Assembly (NCBI GenBank): GCA_965215195.1
Contig: CBDCDC010000001.1
Coordinates: 448,001-512,000 of the forward strand
Direction: 5' to 3'
Length of the DNA stretch: 64,000 nt
Origin: Candidatus Latescibacterota bacterium
GTDB lineage: Bacteria; Latescibacterota; UBA2968; UBA8231
Part shown: positions 29,573 to 38,759 of the stretch, in pieces
How positions within the stretch are numbered: position 1 is the first letter of the stretch
How the letters are laid out: the number at the start of each line of letters is the position of its first letter
The notes under the pieces: model-generated
What the model saw: only the letters and a program-made list of their open reading frames with translations
Database searches by the model: none
Told to the model about the DNA's origin: nothing
Translations under genes and position numbers: made by a program

Positions 29573-29589
29573 CGTTTCCCCATTTTAGC

Positions 29590-29630
29590 AGCGGGGGAGG
29601 AGAGGTGTGTAATGTTTCCTCCCCCGCTTT
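29590..29630 (+). terminator. Intra-operon hairpin or terminator
   Basis: AGCGGGGGAGGA...TCCTCCCCCGCT followed by TT. Confidence 0.55.
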
Positions 29631-29642
29631 CGCGTTTGTAGG

Positions 29643-30389
29643 ATGTCTGGGAAGCGCTTTGCCATGAGTCCATGCTTGGGTGCCTTGGTGCTGCTGGCGC
29701 TGGTCGGTTGTGGCCGCTATTTCCCCGGGCCGATCGCACCCGCGCCCGAAAATCGCCAAGAAGCCTATGCCTCGGTCGAAGACGACGGGACCATTACCGC
29801 TGTTTTTAACCGCCTCGAAATCTCCCTGCGCCCCATGGCGGACGAAGAGCTGAACCGCCAATTCGCCGACTACTCTGCGGCGGGTGCCAATTCCAAGAAT
29901 CCCTATACCTTTGGCAACTGGAAGCCGCTGGGCGATACGTACACGCCGCCAAAGTACACCGTCTTTTCCGTCGAGGTGAAAAATTACGAGTATCCCAAGG
30001 TACATCTGGATCCCACCCGCATAACCCTCGTCTCCCAACAGGCCGGCCGTGCGTACGATCCCCTCAACAGAACGGACATCCTCGAATTCTATGCTTCCAT
30101 GATCCCCGGATATGCGGGCAATGCCTATAGTATCTTCCAAGAGCGGCGGGAGATTCTGACCCGCACCATGTATCCCGACGAAGACGTTTTCAGCGGCCAA
30201 GAAGTCGAGGGGTACGTGGTGTTTCCCGCGTTACCGCACGACATCAATGAGTTTACAGTTCACCTCAGCCACGTGGCGATTCGCTTCGACTTCAGGCAGC
30301 AGCCGGTCGAGACCATAGATCTGGCGTACCGGTTCCAGCGCGAGGTGTTCAGGGGATATCAGCCGCCGGCCGATTGGGCGCGGGAATGA
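29643..30389 (+). CDS. Uncharacterised lipoprotein
   Basis: LVLLALVGC lipobox; stop overlaps the next ATG. Confidence 0.7.
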   Translation: MSGKRFAMSPCLGALVLLALVGCGRYFPGPIAPAPENRQEAYASVEDDGTITAVFNRLEISLRPMADEELNRQFADYSAAGANSKNPYTFGNWKPLGDTYTPPKYTVFSVEVKNYEYPKVHLDPTRITLVSQQAGRAYDPLNRTDILEFYASMIPGYAGNAYSIFQERREILTRTMYPDEDVFSGQEVEGYVVFPALPHDINEFTVHLSHVAIRFDFRQQPVETIDLAYRFQREVFRGYQPPADWARE

Positions 30390-32290
30390 GACGGCTCGCC
30401 GGCAGCCTCGCTTTGTGCGGAGCGTGTTGTCTGAGTGCGCCGCTTGAAGCACAGGTCGAAAGCTATCGGGTCGGTGGGGACGGATTTTCTTGGGATTCGC
30501 AGGCCGCAGTCGCCGGGGGCGTAGATCTGCAAGACCCGGCTCTGATCCGTCCCATCGGTTTGGCAGCAACCGACAACATCCTCCGCTCGCTCGGCTGGAG
30601 CGACTCGCCTACCCTCGACTTTGTCGCCGAAGGCCGTGCCCACATCTGGGACAACGCCGCGATCGAAGGGTCCGCCGCCACCTTGGTCGATGGCGATGAG
30701 CAGACTTCTTCCGGCGACCGCTTCAAAGGGCTGGGGACCGATCAGACCGGTCGCGTCTTTTTCTTGGACTTGGGGGCTTCTTTTCCGGTCAATCGCCTGA
30801 TCTACTTCCCCAGCCCATCCTTTCCCGACGACTTTCCGCGCGCCTTTGAACTTTCCGCCAGCGATGGCCGCGACTATACCCAGCAGGGGGAACCGCGCTA
30901 TCAGGTACTGAAACGCGTTGATTTGCAGACCGAGCCGAGGACGACAATCGACTTCCCAGTGCAGCTAATCCGCTTTATCAAGCTGCGCATCCTTTCTCCC
31001 AATCCGTTTGAAATAGCGGAAATCCAAGCCTTTGGCACGGGTTTCGTGCCCAAGGGCACGTATATTTCCAAGCTCATTGAACTGCCCACAGCAGCGATTC
31101 TCGGTACGCTCTCCGTCAAAGCCACCAAGTTGCGCCGGCAGTCAGACGGCCTCCTGCGGCCAACAGCGGAAGCAGCCGCGTCCGTGGACCTGACCCTGCG
31201 CAATGGCGCTGACGAGACCCCCTTGGTCCATTTTGAAATCGTCGATCGCGAAACGGGTTCGGAGCAGCCCACGACCGCAGACGCCTATACTAAGCTGGCC
31301 GAGGATTTTCGCGGTTCCATCCTCGACGATGCCGAAAATTGGACTTGGAAGAATCCGATCCGCATTGATTCGACCGGAACTTTTACCTATCCCCTCGAAC
31401 TGCCCGGCCCGAGGCGGTACTTTGATTTTCAGCTCTTTTTTCGCGGCACTTCTACCGATCTCGTCCAGATAGACAGCTTGGCGGTTAGCTACTCACTGCC
31501 TCTGGCCGACCGCGCCGTAGGCGAGGTAGCCGTTGTCGCAGACCCGTTCCCCGCAGGGGGCATCGTTGCGGTGCCGGCCGGTCGAGATACCCTTTTTACC
31601 TATGATATTCGGGCGGAATTTGGCAGCACTGCGCAGGTTGGATTCGATGGCTTGCACATCGCGACCCAAACCGAACCGACGTTGCTCAAGTTCGAGATGG
31701 GCGAGCCGCTCGTCGAGGTAGTGCCCGACAGCGTCCACGCGGATGCGAGTGGGTTGATGCTGTACTTCCCATCGAACCGGATCGCGCCGAATAACAACCA
31801 GCCGCTGCGCGTTACTTTTCGCACGGCGATTCTGGTCTATGCCACTAACTTGGTGAGCCACCTAATCGACTCCGGGGGCCGCTTGCCCCAGCCCGTCGCG
31901 GCCGGCGATGCCAGTCCGGGTGTTGGCACTAACACCAACCGGGTCTTTTTCTCCAATGCCGCAAGAGGGGGGATTTTATCCGCGATGCAGGTCGTACCGG
32001 CGGTGTGTACGCCCAATGGGGACGGCGTCAACGAAGAGAGTCGCATCGTTTTCCAAGCCCTGCGTCTGGTGCGGGAAGTCGATTTTTCCATCGGCATATA
32101 CGATTTGGCTGGACGCCGGGTGCGGCAGCTATTTTTCGCCGCCTTGCCTGCCGGCGCCTACGAGCACACCTGGGATGGCCGCGATGCGACCGGCGATCTG
32201 GTGCCTCCAGGGGCTTATGTCGTGCGCATTGCGGCTGACACCGAATCGGGAGAAGAGGTGCTGGCGAGGACGCTTAGCGTGGCCTATTGA
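30386..32290 (+). CDS. Large secreted protein with discoidin-like N-region and C-terminal FlgD-Ig-like domain
   Basis: Signal peptide; LDLGASFPV...FEIAEIQAFG; TPNGDGVNE...IYDLAGRRVR...WDGRD...VPPGAY...LSVAY. Confidence 0.75.
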   Translation: MRRLAGSLALCGACCLSAPLEAQVESYRVGGDGFSWDSQAAVAGGVDLQDPALIRPIGLAATDNILRSLGWSDSPTLDFVAEGRAHIWDNAAIEGSAATLVDGDEQTSSGDRFKGLGTDQTGRVFFLDLGASFPVNRLIYFPSPSFPDDFPRAFELSASDGRDYTQQGEPRYQVLKRVDLQTEPRTTIDFPVQLIRFIKLRILSPNPFEIAEIQAFGTGFVPKGTYISKLIELPTAAILGTLSVKATKLRRQSDGLLRPTAEAAASVDLTLRNGADETPLVHFEIVDRETGSEQPTTADAYTKLAEDFRGSILDDAENWTWKNPIRIDSTGTFTYPLELPGPRRYFDFQLFFRGTSTDLVQIDSLAVSYSLPLADRAVGEVAVVADPFPAGGIVAVPAGRDTLFTYDIRAEFGSTAQVGFDGLHIATQTEPTLLKFEMGEPLVEVVPDSVHADASGLMLYFPSNRIAPNNNQPLRVTFRTAILVYATNLVSHLIDSGGRLPQPVAAGDASPGVGTNTNRVFFSNAARGGILSAMQVVPAVCTPNGDGVNEESRIVFQALRLVREVDFSIGIYDLAGRRVRQLFFAALPAGAYEHTWDGRDATGDLVPPGAYVVRIAADTESGEEVLARTLSVAY

Positions 32291-32517
32291 ATTCAACGAC
32301 TGGCAACTCCAAAAGCTAAGTACACGACACCTCCTGTGGGCGCATTAGTACTTGATGGTAGGACGCAGTTGTCGCCTTAGCGAATGCGCCCGACGCGGGG
32401 AGCCATCCTAGCGCCGGCCGATGCCGCTCAAGCCACGCGGCCATTAGAAGCGGTTGGATTAAAACGAAATGGCGGCTACCATCCGCTCTTCTGTGTGACT
32501 TTTGGCTTAGCCGGCCT

Positions 32518-33471
32518 TCACCGGGCGGTCATCTCATCCATCAAGCGCGTGAACTCGGCGAGGTCCGCCACCTGTATGGCGGCGCGCAGCAAGACTTGGA
32601 GTTGCTCCACCGCTTCGATGCCGGCCAAGCGACCCGACAACGCCCGGGCTAAATCCGCATCAAACCGAATCGCCAAGGCTTCTTGGATACTTTGCCGAAG
32701 CCCAGCACGCCCTTGCTCGATGCCTTGCTCGATGCCTTGCTCGATGCCTTGCTCGATGCCTTGCTCGATGCCTTCTTCACGACCCTGCGCCAACGCTCGC
32801 TTGCGCAAAGACTCAAGTAACGGAAACTCAGTCATAATCTCCTCCGAAATCAAAGAAAAAATGGTCGATTCCTCGCACACCAACGAACTCAACACCCCCA
32901 TGTGCGCCAACACACTATGCTTGACGGCACGAGATACAGCTAACTCCTCGGTCGTCTCCACACACCGACGCAACCACGCCTCCACATCCATCCCTTCAGG
33001 ACGACCCATCAGCGGCGTGAACGGCAGCACCCCCACAGAACCCGACGCCAAATGCGCCAGCCCATCCAACGCGGTCAGACGGATCACCTTGTAGCGCAGC
33101 ACCACCTCATAGCCGACGACCTCTTGGAGGTATTGCCCCGGATCGCGGCCACCCGCGTCGGGACGCAAGTAGATTACGTGCGAAAACAGGGGCAAGCCAT
33201 ACTCGGCAAGGCAGCGTCCCATGTACCGAGCCATCCGCAGCGGCATGGACAAGGCCGTGCTATCCGTGGTCTGAAACTCGCAGTGGACTAACGCCTTCTG
33301 GCCGTTGATCCGCACCCGCAGCAGACTGTCCATCACCTGCGTCTTCACGATGGGCTGCTCCGGGTTGAGCAGTTCCAGCATCTGCCCCTGTGAATGCCCG
33401 AGCAGAAAGGCCAAAAAGTCTTGCGGATAGGTGCTGATTAGGGACTTGGAAACAGTGTCAAAAGCGGCCAT
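32518..33471 (-). CDS. Rpn family (PD-(D/E)XK) nuclease / putative transposase
   Basis: FDTVSK, MDSLL, VHCEFQT, MPLRMARY, VIYL, C-terminal GIEQ repeats and RF..L tail. Confidence 0.85.
   Translation of the reverse strand: MAAFDTVSKSLISTYPQDFLAFLLGHSQGQMLELLNPEQPIVKTQVMDSLLRVRINGQKALVHCEFQTTDSTALSMPLRMARYMGRCLAEYGLPLFSHVIYLRPDAGGRDPGQYLQEVVGYEVVLRYKVIRLTALDGLAHLASGSVGVLPFTPLMGRPEGMDVEAWLRRCVETTEELAVSRAVKHSVLAHMGVLSSLVCEESTIFSLISEEIMTEFPLLESLRKRALAQGREEGIEQGIEQGIEQGIEQGIEQGRAGLRQSIQEALAIRFDADLARALSGRLAGIEAVEQLQVLLRAAIQVADLAEFTRLMDEMTAR
32711..32773. repeat. 12-bp tandem repeat (CCTTGCTCGATG) encoding (GIEQ)n
   Basis: Five consecutive units visible inside the Rpn gene. Confidence 0.9.
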
Positions 33472-33584
33472 CCGAGCCTTTCTGCTAAGCGTTGACGCGA
33501 TGGGGAGAATATACCCGATTGGGATACAAATACAAAAATATCGCGCCCGTGCGCCGGCGCCGGCTAAGTGGCGATAGTTCCACG

Positions 33585-35075
33585 TCAGCAGATACGCACA
33601 GCGGAAGAGGGGCCACTAACAAACGCCGCGCTCGCTTCGGCGATGGAGCCAAACGCGCCGTCGGCCACGGCCGCACACAGCGCGGCACCAACGGCCGCCT
33701 CTTCGCCGTGCGATCCCACGTGCAGCCGCATGGCGAACTCCGCTTCCAGCGCGGCCCGCAGCACGGGATTCAGCTTGATGCCATTGCCCGCGCCAACTAG
33801 CTTGGAGCGCGCGCCAGCACCCAGCCTGAGGGCCTCGCGGTACGAATCGGCCAGCTCAACGGCCATGCTTTCCAACAGTGCGCGCGTTAGATGCCCGGCC
33901 GTCAGAGTTGCAGCGGTCAGCTCGCGGAAGGCGGCTTTGGCGCGTGGCCTGCGGCGCGACCCGGAAAACAGCGGGTCCGCGCGTACGCCCTCGGCACCGG
34001 CCGGCACGTCGGCCGCTAATGCTACCAGCCGCTCGTACAGGGCCTCGCGGTCGGGTTGGACCTCGGCGAGGGCATAGATGGCGTCGGCGAAGAAGTCGCG
34101 CAGAGTCCTGAACGTCCGCCCGCCGACGGCTCCCACGCCGGCCAGCAGATAGCCGCGCTGCATATAGGGACGCAGTTCGAGCCACCCACGTGGCAGTGGG
34201 GCTTCGACGTGCAGTGCGGCTTGCCCGCCGGTGCCGACATTGACGGCCACAGTGTTGGCGCAATCGGCGACCGTGCCGGCAAAGCTGCACTGGTGATCGC
34301 CGGACGCCACGGCCACGGGCAGGCCGGCTGGTAGGCCGAGCTTGTGGGCCATTGCGGCGGTCAGGGAACCGGCCATGGTACAGGATTCGGCGAGAGCGGG
34401 AAACAGCGACTGGTCTAGGCCGAGGGCGGCGATAAGCTCGTCCGCCCAAGCGCGCTTGGCTACGTCATAGACGCCCCAGCCGAGCGCGTCTGTGGGATCG
34501 ACAACCGGCCGTTTGCCCACCAAGCGCGATACCACAAACTCCGGGGCCGTCGTGCCGCTGACGCCGCTGGGAAGCTGGTTGTTGGCTTGCAGCCAAAACA
34601 GGTGCGGTCCAGCGTGCCCGGCCACGAGAGGACAGCCCGTGTTGGCAAAGGCGGGCTGCTCGCCCTCGGCGGCAGTGGCCCCCCCGCGCTGGGCCATGGC
34701 GTCTAAGTAGGTGTGCGGCTGGCCCGGCAGGCATTCTTGGGCGCGCTGGTCCTGCCACGAAAAAAAAGGACCGACGGCGTTGAGCGCGGCGTCGAGGAGC
34801 TGCAGGCCCTGTTGCTGCCCGGTGACGCCGATGGCGGCCGGCTGGGCGTTGGTGCGGGCGACGAGCGCGGCCGCGTTGTCGATGGCTAGCTCGGTCATCG
34901 CGTTGAGGTCCCACTCCGAGCGGCTGATTCGCTTGTCGGACGCAGAGGTTACTTCGGACAAATTGGCCGTGCTGGCTGTGCCGACGACGGCGTTGGCGTC
35001 GAGGTCAATGACGAGGGCGACGACGGTCGTCGAGCCGATGTCTAGCGCGAGGTAGTGCGTTGGCACAAGGCTCAA
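33585..35075 (-). CDS. FGGY carbohydrate kinase, sedoheptulokinase-like
   Basis: LALDIGST, VTGQ, SWQDQR, GDHQCS, NVGTGGQ, GAGNG..LNP. Confidence 0.8.
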   Translation of the reverse strand: MSLVPTHYLALDIGSTTVVALVIDLDANAVVGTASTANLSEVTSASDKRISRSEWDLNAMTELAIDNAAALVARTNAQPAAIGVTGQQQGLQLLDAALNAVGPFFSWQDQRAQECLPGQPHTYLDAMAQRGGATAAEGEQPAFANTGCPLVAGHAGPHLFWLQANNQLPSGVSGTTAPEFVVSRLVGKRPVVDPTDALGWGVYDVAKRAWADELIAALGLDQSLFPALAESCTMAGSLTAAMAHKLGLPAGLPVAVASGDHQCSFAGTVADCANTVAVNVGTGGQAALHVEAPLPRGWLELRPYMQRGYLLAGVGAVGGRTFRTLRDFFADAIYALAEVQPDREALYERLVALAADVPAGAEGVRADPLFSGSRRRPRAKAAFRELTAATLTAGHLTRALLESMAVELADSYREALRLGAGARSKLVGAGNGIKLNPVLRAALEAEFAMRLHVGSHGEEAAVGAALCAAVADGAFGSIAEASAAFVSGPSSAVRIC

Positions 35076-36091
35076 CTCAGGCGCGACCAGTCGAAGACCA
35101 CGCCGAGGTATTCCTCTTTATTGGCGGTAAGTCCCTCGTACATCTGCTGACAGTCGGCTGGCGACGCGAGGTGCGTGAGCAGGGGTTCGACCACGAGCCT
35201 TCGGCTGGCGATCCACGCGGCAATCTGGCGGTAATTGGCGTCGAGGTCGCGACAGCGCTCGGTGGCGTGCTGGGGCCAGCGCCACTCGAGGGCACCGATC
35301 ACGCGGATGGCCTCTAGGTGAATGTGCAGCAGCATGGGCGTCACATCGAAGTGGGCCGGGGCGCGCGGACTGCCGAGGAGGATGAGTTCGCCGTGGCGGG
35401 CAATGCACATCGCGGTCTGGGCAATGACTTCGCTGATGCCAATGGCCTCCACGCCGATGCGGGCACCTGCGCCGCCGGTCCAGTCGCGCACTGCTTCTTG
35501 CAGATCGTCGCGGGCGGGATTGACCGTGCGCTCAATGCCGCAAGCGCACGCCTGCCGCAGGCGCAGGTCAGACAGGTCGGCGAGCATGACGTCGGCACCA
35601 GCGAGGCAAAAGAGCTGGGCGGCGAAGTTGCCCACGAGGCCGCCGCCAACCACGAGCACCGCATCGCCGGGCTGGGCGCTAGCAGAGCGCAAGGCCGAGA
35701 TGCTGACGCCGGCCATGCGCGCAAACGCGAGGTGCTGGCCGGGCGCTTCGCGCGAGACGGGCAGGACCATGCGCTGGGCATCCGCCTTGACAATGGAAGC
35801 GTGTTGGGCAAAGGACAGCACACGGTCGCCCGCTTGTACGCCGGAGACTGCGTCCCCGACTCGCAGCACGCGGCCGAGGTTGCCGTAGCCAGTGCGGCGG
35901 GGGTACTGGCCGGCGTCGCCAAAAGGCATCTGCTTGACGAGGCCAGTAAAGCCCGCGCCTTCGGTGCCGGCACTGACGATGGAGTATTCGGTTGCTATCA
36001 GCACTTCCGCCGGGTGCAGGCGGTCGTCGAGGTCGCTTTTGGCAAGCTCAATTCGCCCCGGCTCTACGACGATGAGTTCATGGGTTATCAC
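35072..36091 (-). CDS. Zinc-binding (MDR) dehydrogenase
   Basis: SIVSAGTE, GYGNLG, VGGGLVG. Confidence 0.85.
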   Translation of the reverse strand: MITHELIVVEPGRIELAKSDLDDRLHPAEVLIATEYSIVSAGTEGAGFTGLVKQMPFGDAGQYPRRTGYGNLGRVLRVGDAVSGVQAGDRVLSFAQHASIVKADAQRMVLPVSREAPGQHLAFARMAGVSISALRSASAQPGDAVLVVGGGLVGNFAAQLFCLAGADVMLADLSDLRLRQACACGIERTVNPARDDLQEAVRDWTGGAGARIGVEAIGISEVIAQTAMCIARHGELILLGSPRAPAHFDVTPMLLHIHLEAIRVIGALEWRWPQHATERCRDLDANYRQIAAWIASRRLVVEPLLTHLASPADCQQMYEGLTANKEEYLGVVFDWSRLS

Positions 36092-36172
36092 GGCAGTCCA
36101 TCCTTGATTGAAGGAGAAGATAAAGGGCCTTTAGGGAAGCCAAGTCAAGCCGTGCCGAGGGGGCCGAGCGAG

Positions 36173-36201
36173 TTGACGAAGTATGGGCTAGGGCGTAAAA
36201 T
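36173..36201 (+). promoter_or_regulatory. Putative sigma70 promoter for the mltF-like gene
   Basis: TTGACG-N17-TAAAAT. Confidence 0.55.
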
Positions 36202-36233
36202 GCTAGCCCTAGCACCCGCCGAAAACGCGGCCA

Positions 36234-38357
36234 ATGCACTACAAGTCAATCGATCCAATGGAAAGGAGGCGCATCGCGTTGTTTCGCACCCGAACGCTTC
36301 TTCCCGCAGGGCTTATTGCCCTTTCTACCTTTGCGCAATGCAGCCCATCGGCGACCCCGGCGACCCCGCCACCGCCGCCCAAATACACCGGCGATCTGCC
36401 GGTATTGCAGGAGCGCGGCGCGTTGCGCGTCATCGTCCCTCCAGAGCCGATTGCCCATATACCCAAGTCCGCGGAACAGGTGACGATCGACTACGATCTC
36501 GCCCGCGACTTGGCCGAGGCACTCAAGCTAAAAATGCAGCTAGTAAAGGCCAACAGTTATGCCCAGATGGTGCAGAAGCTGCTGGAAGGCGAAGGCGATA
36601 TCGTCGCGGCGAGTCTGACGATTACGCCAGCGCGGCAGGAGCAAGCGGCGTTTTCCGTGCCGTATCTCTACGTGGCTGAGTATCTGATTACAGGGGCCGG
36701 CGATAGCTTGCCGACGGCAATTGAGGACTTGGCCGATATGAAAATCGGCGTCCGGCGCTCCAGCTCGCACTACCAGACCTTGTTGGACATTCAGCAACAG
36801 GTGCCGTCGTTGCGCATTCACGCTGCGCCGGAAAAGCTCGGCCTCGAACACCTCGTCGAAGGAATCGTCCGCGGCGAATACGCGGCGACCGTCGCCGACG
36901 AGCATTTGTGGCGGGCGGTGGCAAGCTACTACGACAGCATGGCTACGCCGCTGGTGCTGGCCGAAAATCGCCCGATCGCCCTGATGATGCGGCCCAACGA
37001 CGTGCAGCTCAAGACCAAGGTCGATGAATATCTGCTCGCGCGGCAGTTTACGCGCCAGCCCCAGCAAGCCTTCACCGACGATCTGCCTGGCCTAAAAAAG
37101 CGGCGGCGGCTGCGCATGATCACGCGCAACAATGCGATGACCTACTTCATCCACCGCGGCCGGCAGGTGGGCTTTGAATACGAGCTCATAAAGGAATTCG
37201 CCGCCCGGCACGACCTGCGGCTCGATATCGTCATCCCAGACAGCCACGCCGAGCTGCTGTCGCATTTGAACGAAGGCAAAGGCGATGTCGTGGCCGCGGC
37301 CATGACTATTACCGAGGAGCGACGAGGGCAGGCCGCGTTCACCCTGCCCTATAACGAAGTGGATGAGCTCGTGGTAGTGCGCGCGGATGAGGATTCGATT
37401 GCCAGCCTTGCAGACTTGGCCGGGCGCACGGTCCACGTGCGCCCAAGCTCTTCTTTTTACACCACCCTGCTGGCCCTCGCCGATTCCATAGAGGGTTTGC
37501 AGATCGCGCCACTGCCCGACGACCTCGAAACCGAAGACATCTTGGCCGGCCTCGAGGAGGGCCGCTACGACATTACCTTGTGCGATTCCAATTTGCTCGA
37601 CGTGGAACTCGCCTATGGGCGGCAGCTAAAGGCCGCCTTTAGCGTCAAGCCGACGGTCTTGGGCTGGGCGGTGCGCCGGGATAATCCGGCTTTGCTAACG
37701 GCGCTCAATCAGTATGTACAAGAGGAAAAGGGCGGTTTGTTTTTTAACCTGATGAAGAAGCGCTACTTCAAGAACAAGCGCACCATCACTAGGGCCAAGG
37801 ATTCGCTGCGGGTCGATTTGAGCGGTCGCCTGTCGCCCTATGACGAGTTGGTGAAAAAATACGCCCAGCAGTACGGTCAGGATTGGCGGTTGATTACCGC
37901 GCAGATGTACCAAGAGTCCAAATTCGATCCACAGGCCACGAGCTGGGTCGGCGCTCGCGGGCTAATGCAGATCATGCCGGTCACCGGGCGCGAGTTGGGA
38001 TTTACCGATCTGCACGACCCGGAAGAGAACATCCACGCAGGGGTAAAATACCTGCACCAACTGGTCAATCGCTTCGATCCGAACATCCCCCTAGACGAGC
38101 GGATGCGCCTTGCATTGGCCTCCTACAATGTCGGGTACGGGCACGTGCTCGACGCGCGCCGCTTGGCCCGCGAGAACGGGTGGAATCCCGACCGGTGGTT
38201 TGGCCACGTGGAACAGGCCATGAGGCTGCTGGCCAAGCCGGCGTACTACAAACGGGCGCGCTACGGCTTCTGTCGCTGCGGTCAGCCCGTGCATTACGTG
38301 GGCAACATTCAGAACTTCTACGACGCCTATGTCGGGATGCTGACGATGGCGATGTAG
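36234..38357 (+). CDS. mltF: MltF-like lytic transglycosylase with two SBP family-3 domains
   Basis: Two PBP domains (DIVAASLTIT / DVVAAAMTIT); SLT motifs YQESKF, GLMQIMP, ASYNVG. Confidence 0.85.
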   Translation: MHYKSIDPMERRRIALFRTRTLLPAGLIALSTFAQCSPSATPATPPPPPKYTGDLPVLQERGALRVIVPPEPIAHIPKSAEQVTIDYDLARDLAEALKLKMQLVKANSYAQMVQKLLEGEGDIVAASLTITPARQEQAAFSVPYLYVAEYLITGAGDSLPTAIEDLADMKIGVRRSSSHYQTLLDIQQQVPSLRIHAAPEKLGLEHLVEGIVRGEYAATVADEHLWRAVASYYDSMATPLVLAENRPIALMMRPNDVQLKTKVDEYLLARQFTRQPQQAFTDDLPGLKKRRRLRMITRNNAMTYFIHRGRQVGFEYELIKEFAARHDLRLDIVIPDSHAELLSHLNEGKGDVVAAAMTITEERRGQAAFTLPYNEVDELVVVRADEDSIASLADLAGRTVHVRPSSSFYTTLLALADSIEGLQIAPLPDDLETEDILAGLEEGRYDITLCDSNLLDVELAYGRQLKAAFSVKPTVLGWAVRRDNPALLTALNQYVQEEKGGLFFNLMKKRYFKNKRTITRAKDSLRVDLSGRLSPYDELVKKYAQQYGQDWRLITAQMYQESKFDPQATSWVGARGLMQIMPVTGRELGFTDLHDPEENIHAGVKYLHQLVNRFDPNIPLDERMRLALASYNVGYGHVLDARRLARENGWNPDRWFGHVEQAMRLLAKPAYYKRARYGFCRCGQPVHYVGNIQNFYDAYVGMLTMAM

Positions 38358-38418
38358 GGGAGTCACCGGCCCAGTACAAAGTGGCGACCCGATCCTCGCC
38401 GGCATAAGCGCGGACTGA

Positions 38419-38759
38419 TTGACGCAAGAAGGAGACGCGCATACGCTGTTCCTCGACGAGCCGGACAACTACGTGGCATTGGCGGAAATCCAGCCTTGGC
38501 TCATGGCGCTGTCCGACGCCTACGGAGCAGAAATCCAGCAGGCCGTGCTATGCTCTCACCATCCGGAGTTGATCGACTATTTGGGCAGCGACTACGGTCT
38601 TCTGCTCAAACGGGAAGCCTCTGGGGTTGTTACGACGCAAAAACCGGCAACTGGCCAGATCGACAGCGGCTTGAAACTCTCAGAGGCGGTTGCCAGAGGG
38701 TGGGTAGGTTGAGGCGGAGTATCCAAATTGTCCTGTTGTGCGAGGATGGCCGAGCCTAA
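38419..38759 (+). pseudogene. Remnant of an ABC/AAA ATPase plus the first codons of its partner gene
   Basis: LFLDEPDN (Walker B) and CSHHPELID (H-loop), no Walker A; followed via TTGA overlap by LRRSIQIVLLCED (38709-38759). Confidence 0.65.

Noticed and set aside
32330-32500. Inverted repeats (GGGCGCATT...AATGCGCCC) as an ncRNA
   Set aside because: Short stems between convergent genes; no recognisable RNA family features
32711-32773. Tandem repeats as a CRISPR array
   Set aside because: 12-bp units with no spacers, coding in frame for GIEQ; no cas genes
35318-36679. Long antisense ORFs (e.g. 35318-36679, 18337-19299, 54935-55810, 13341-14294)
   Set aside because: Shadow frames of well-supported genes in GC-rich DNA; no motifs
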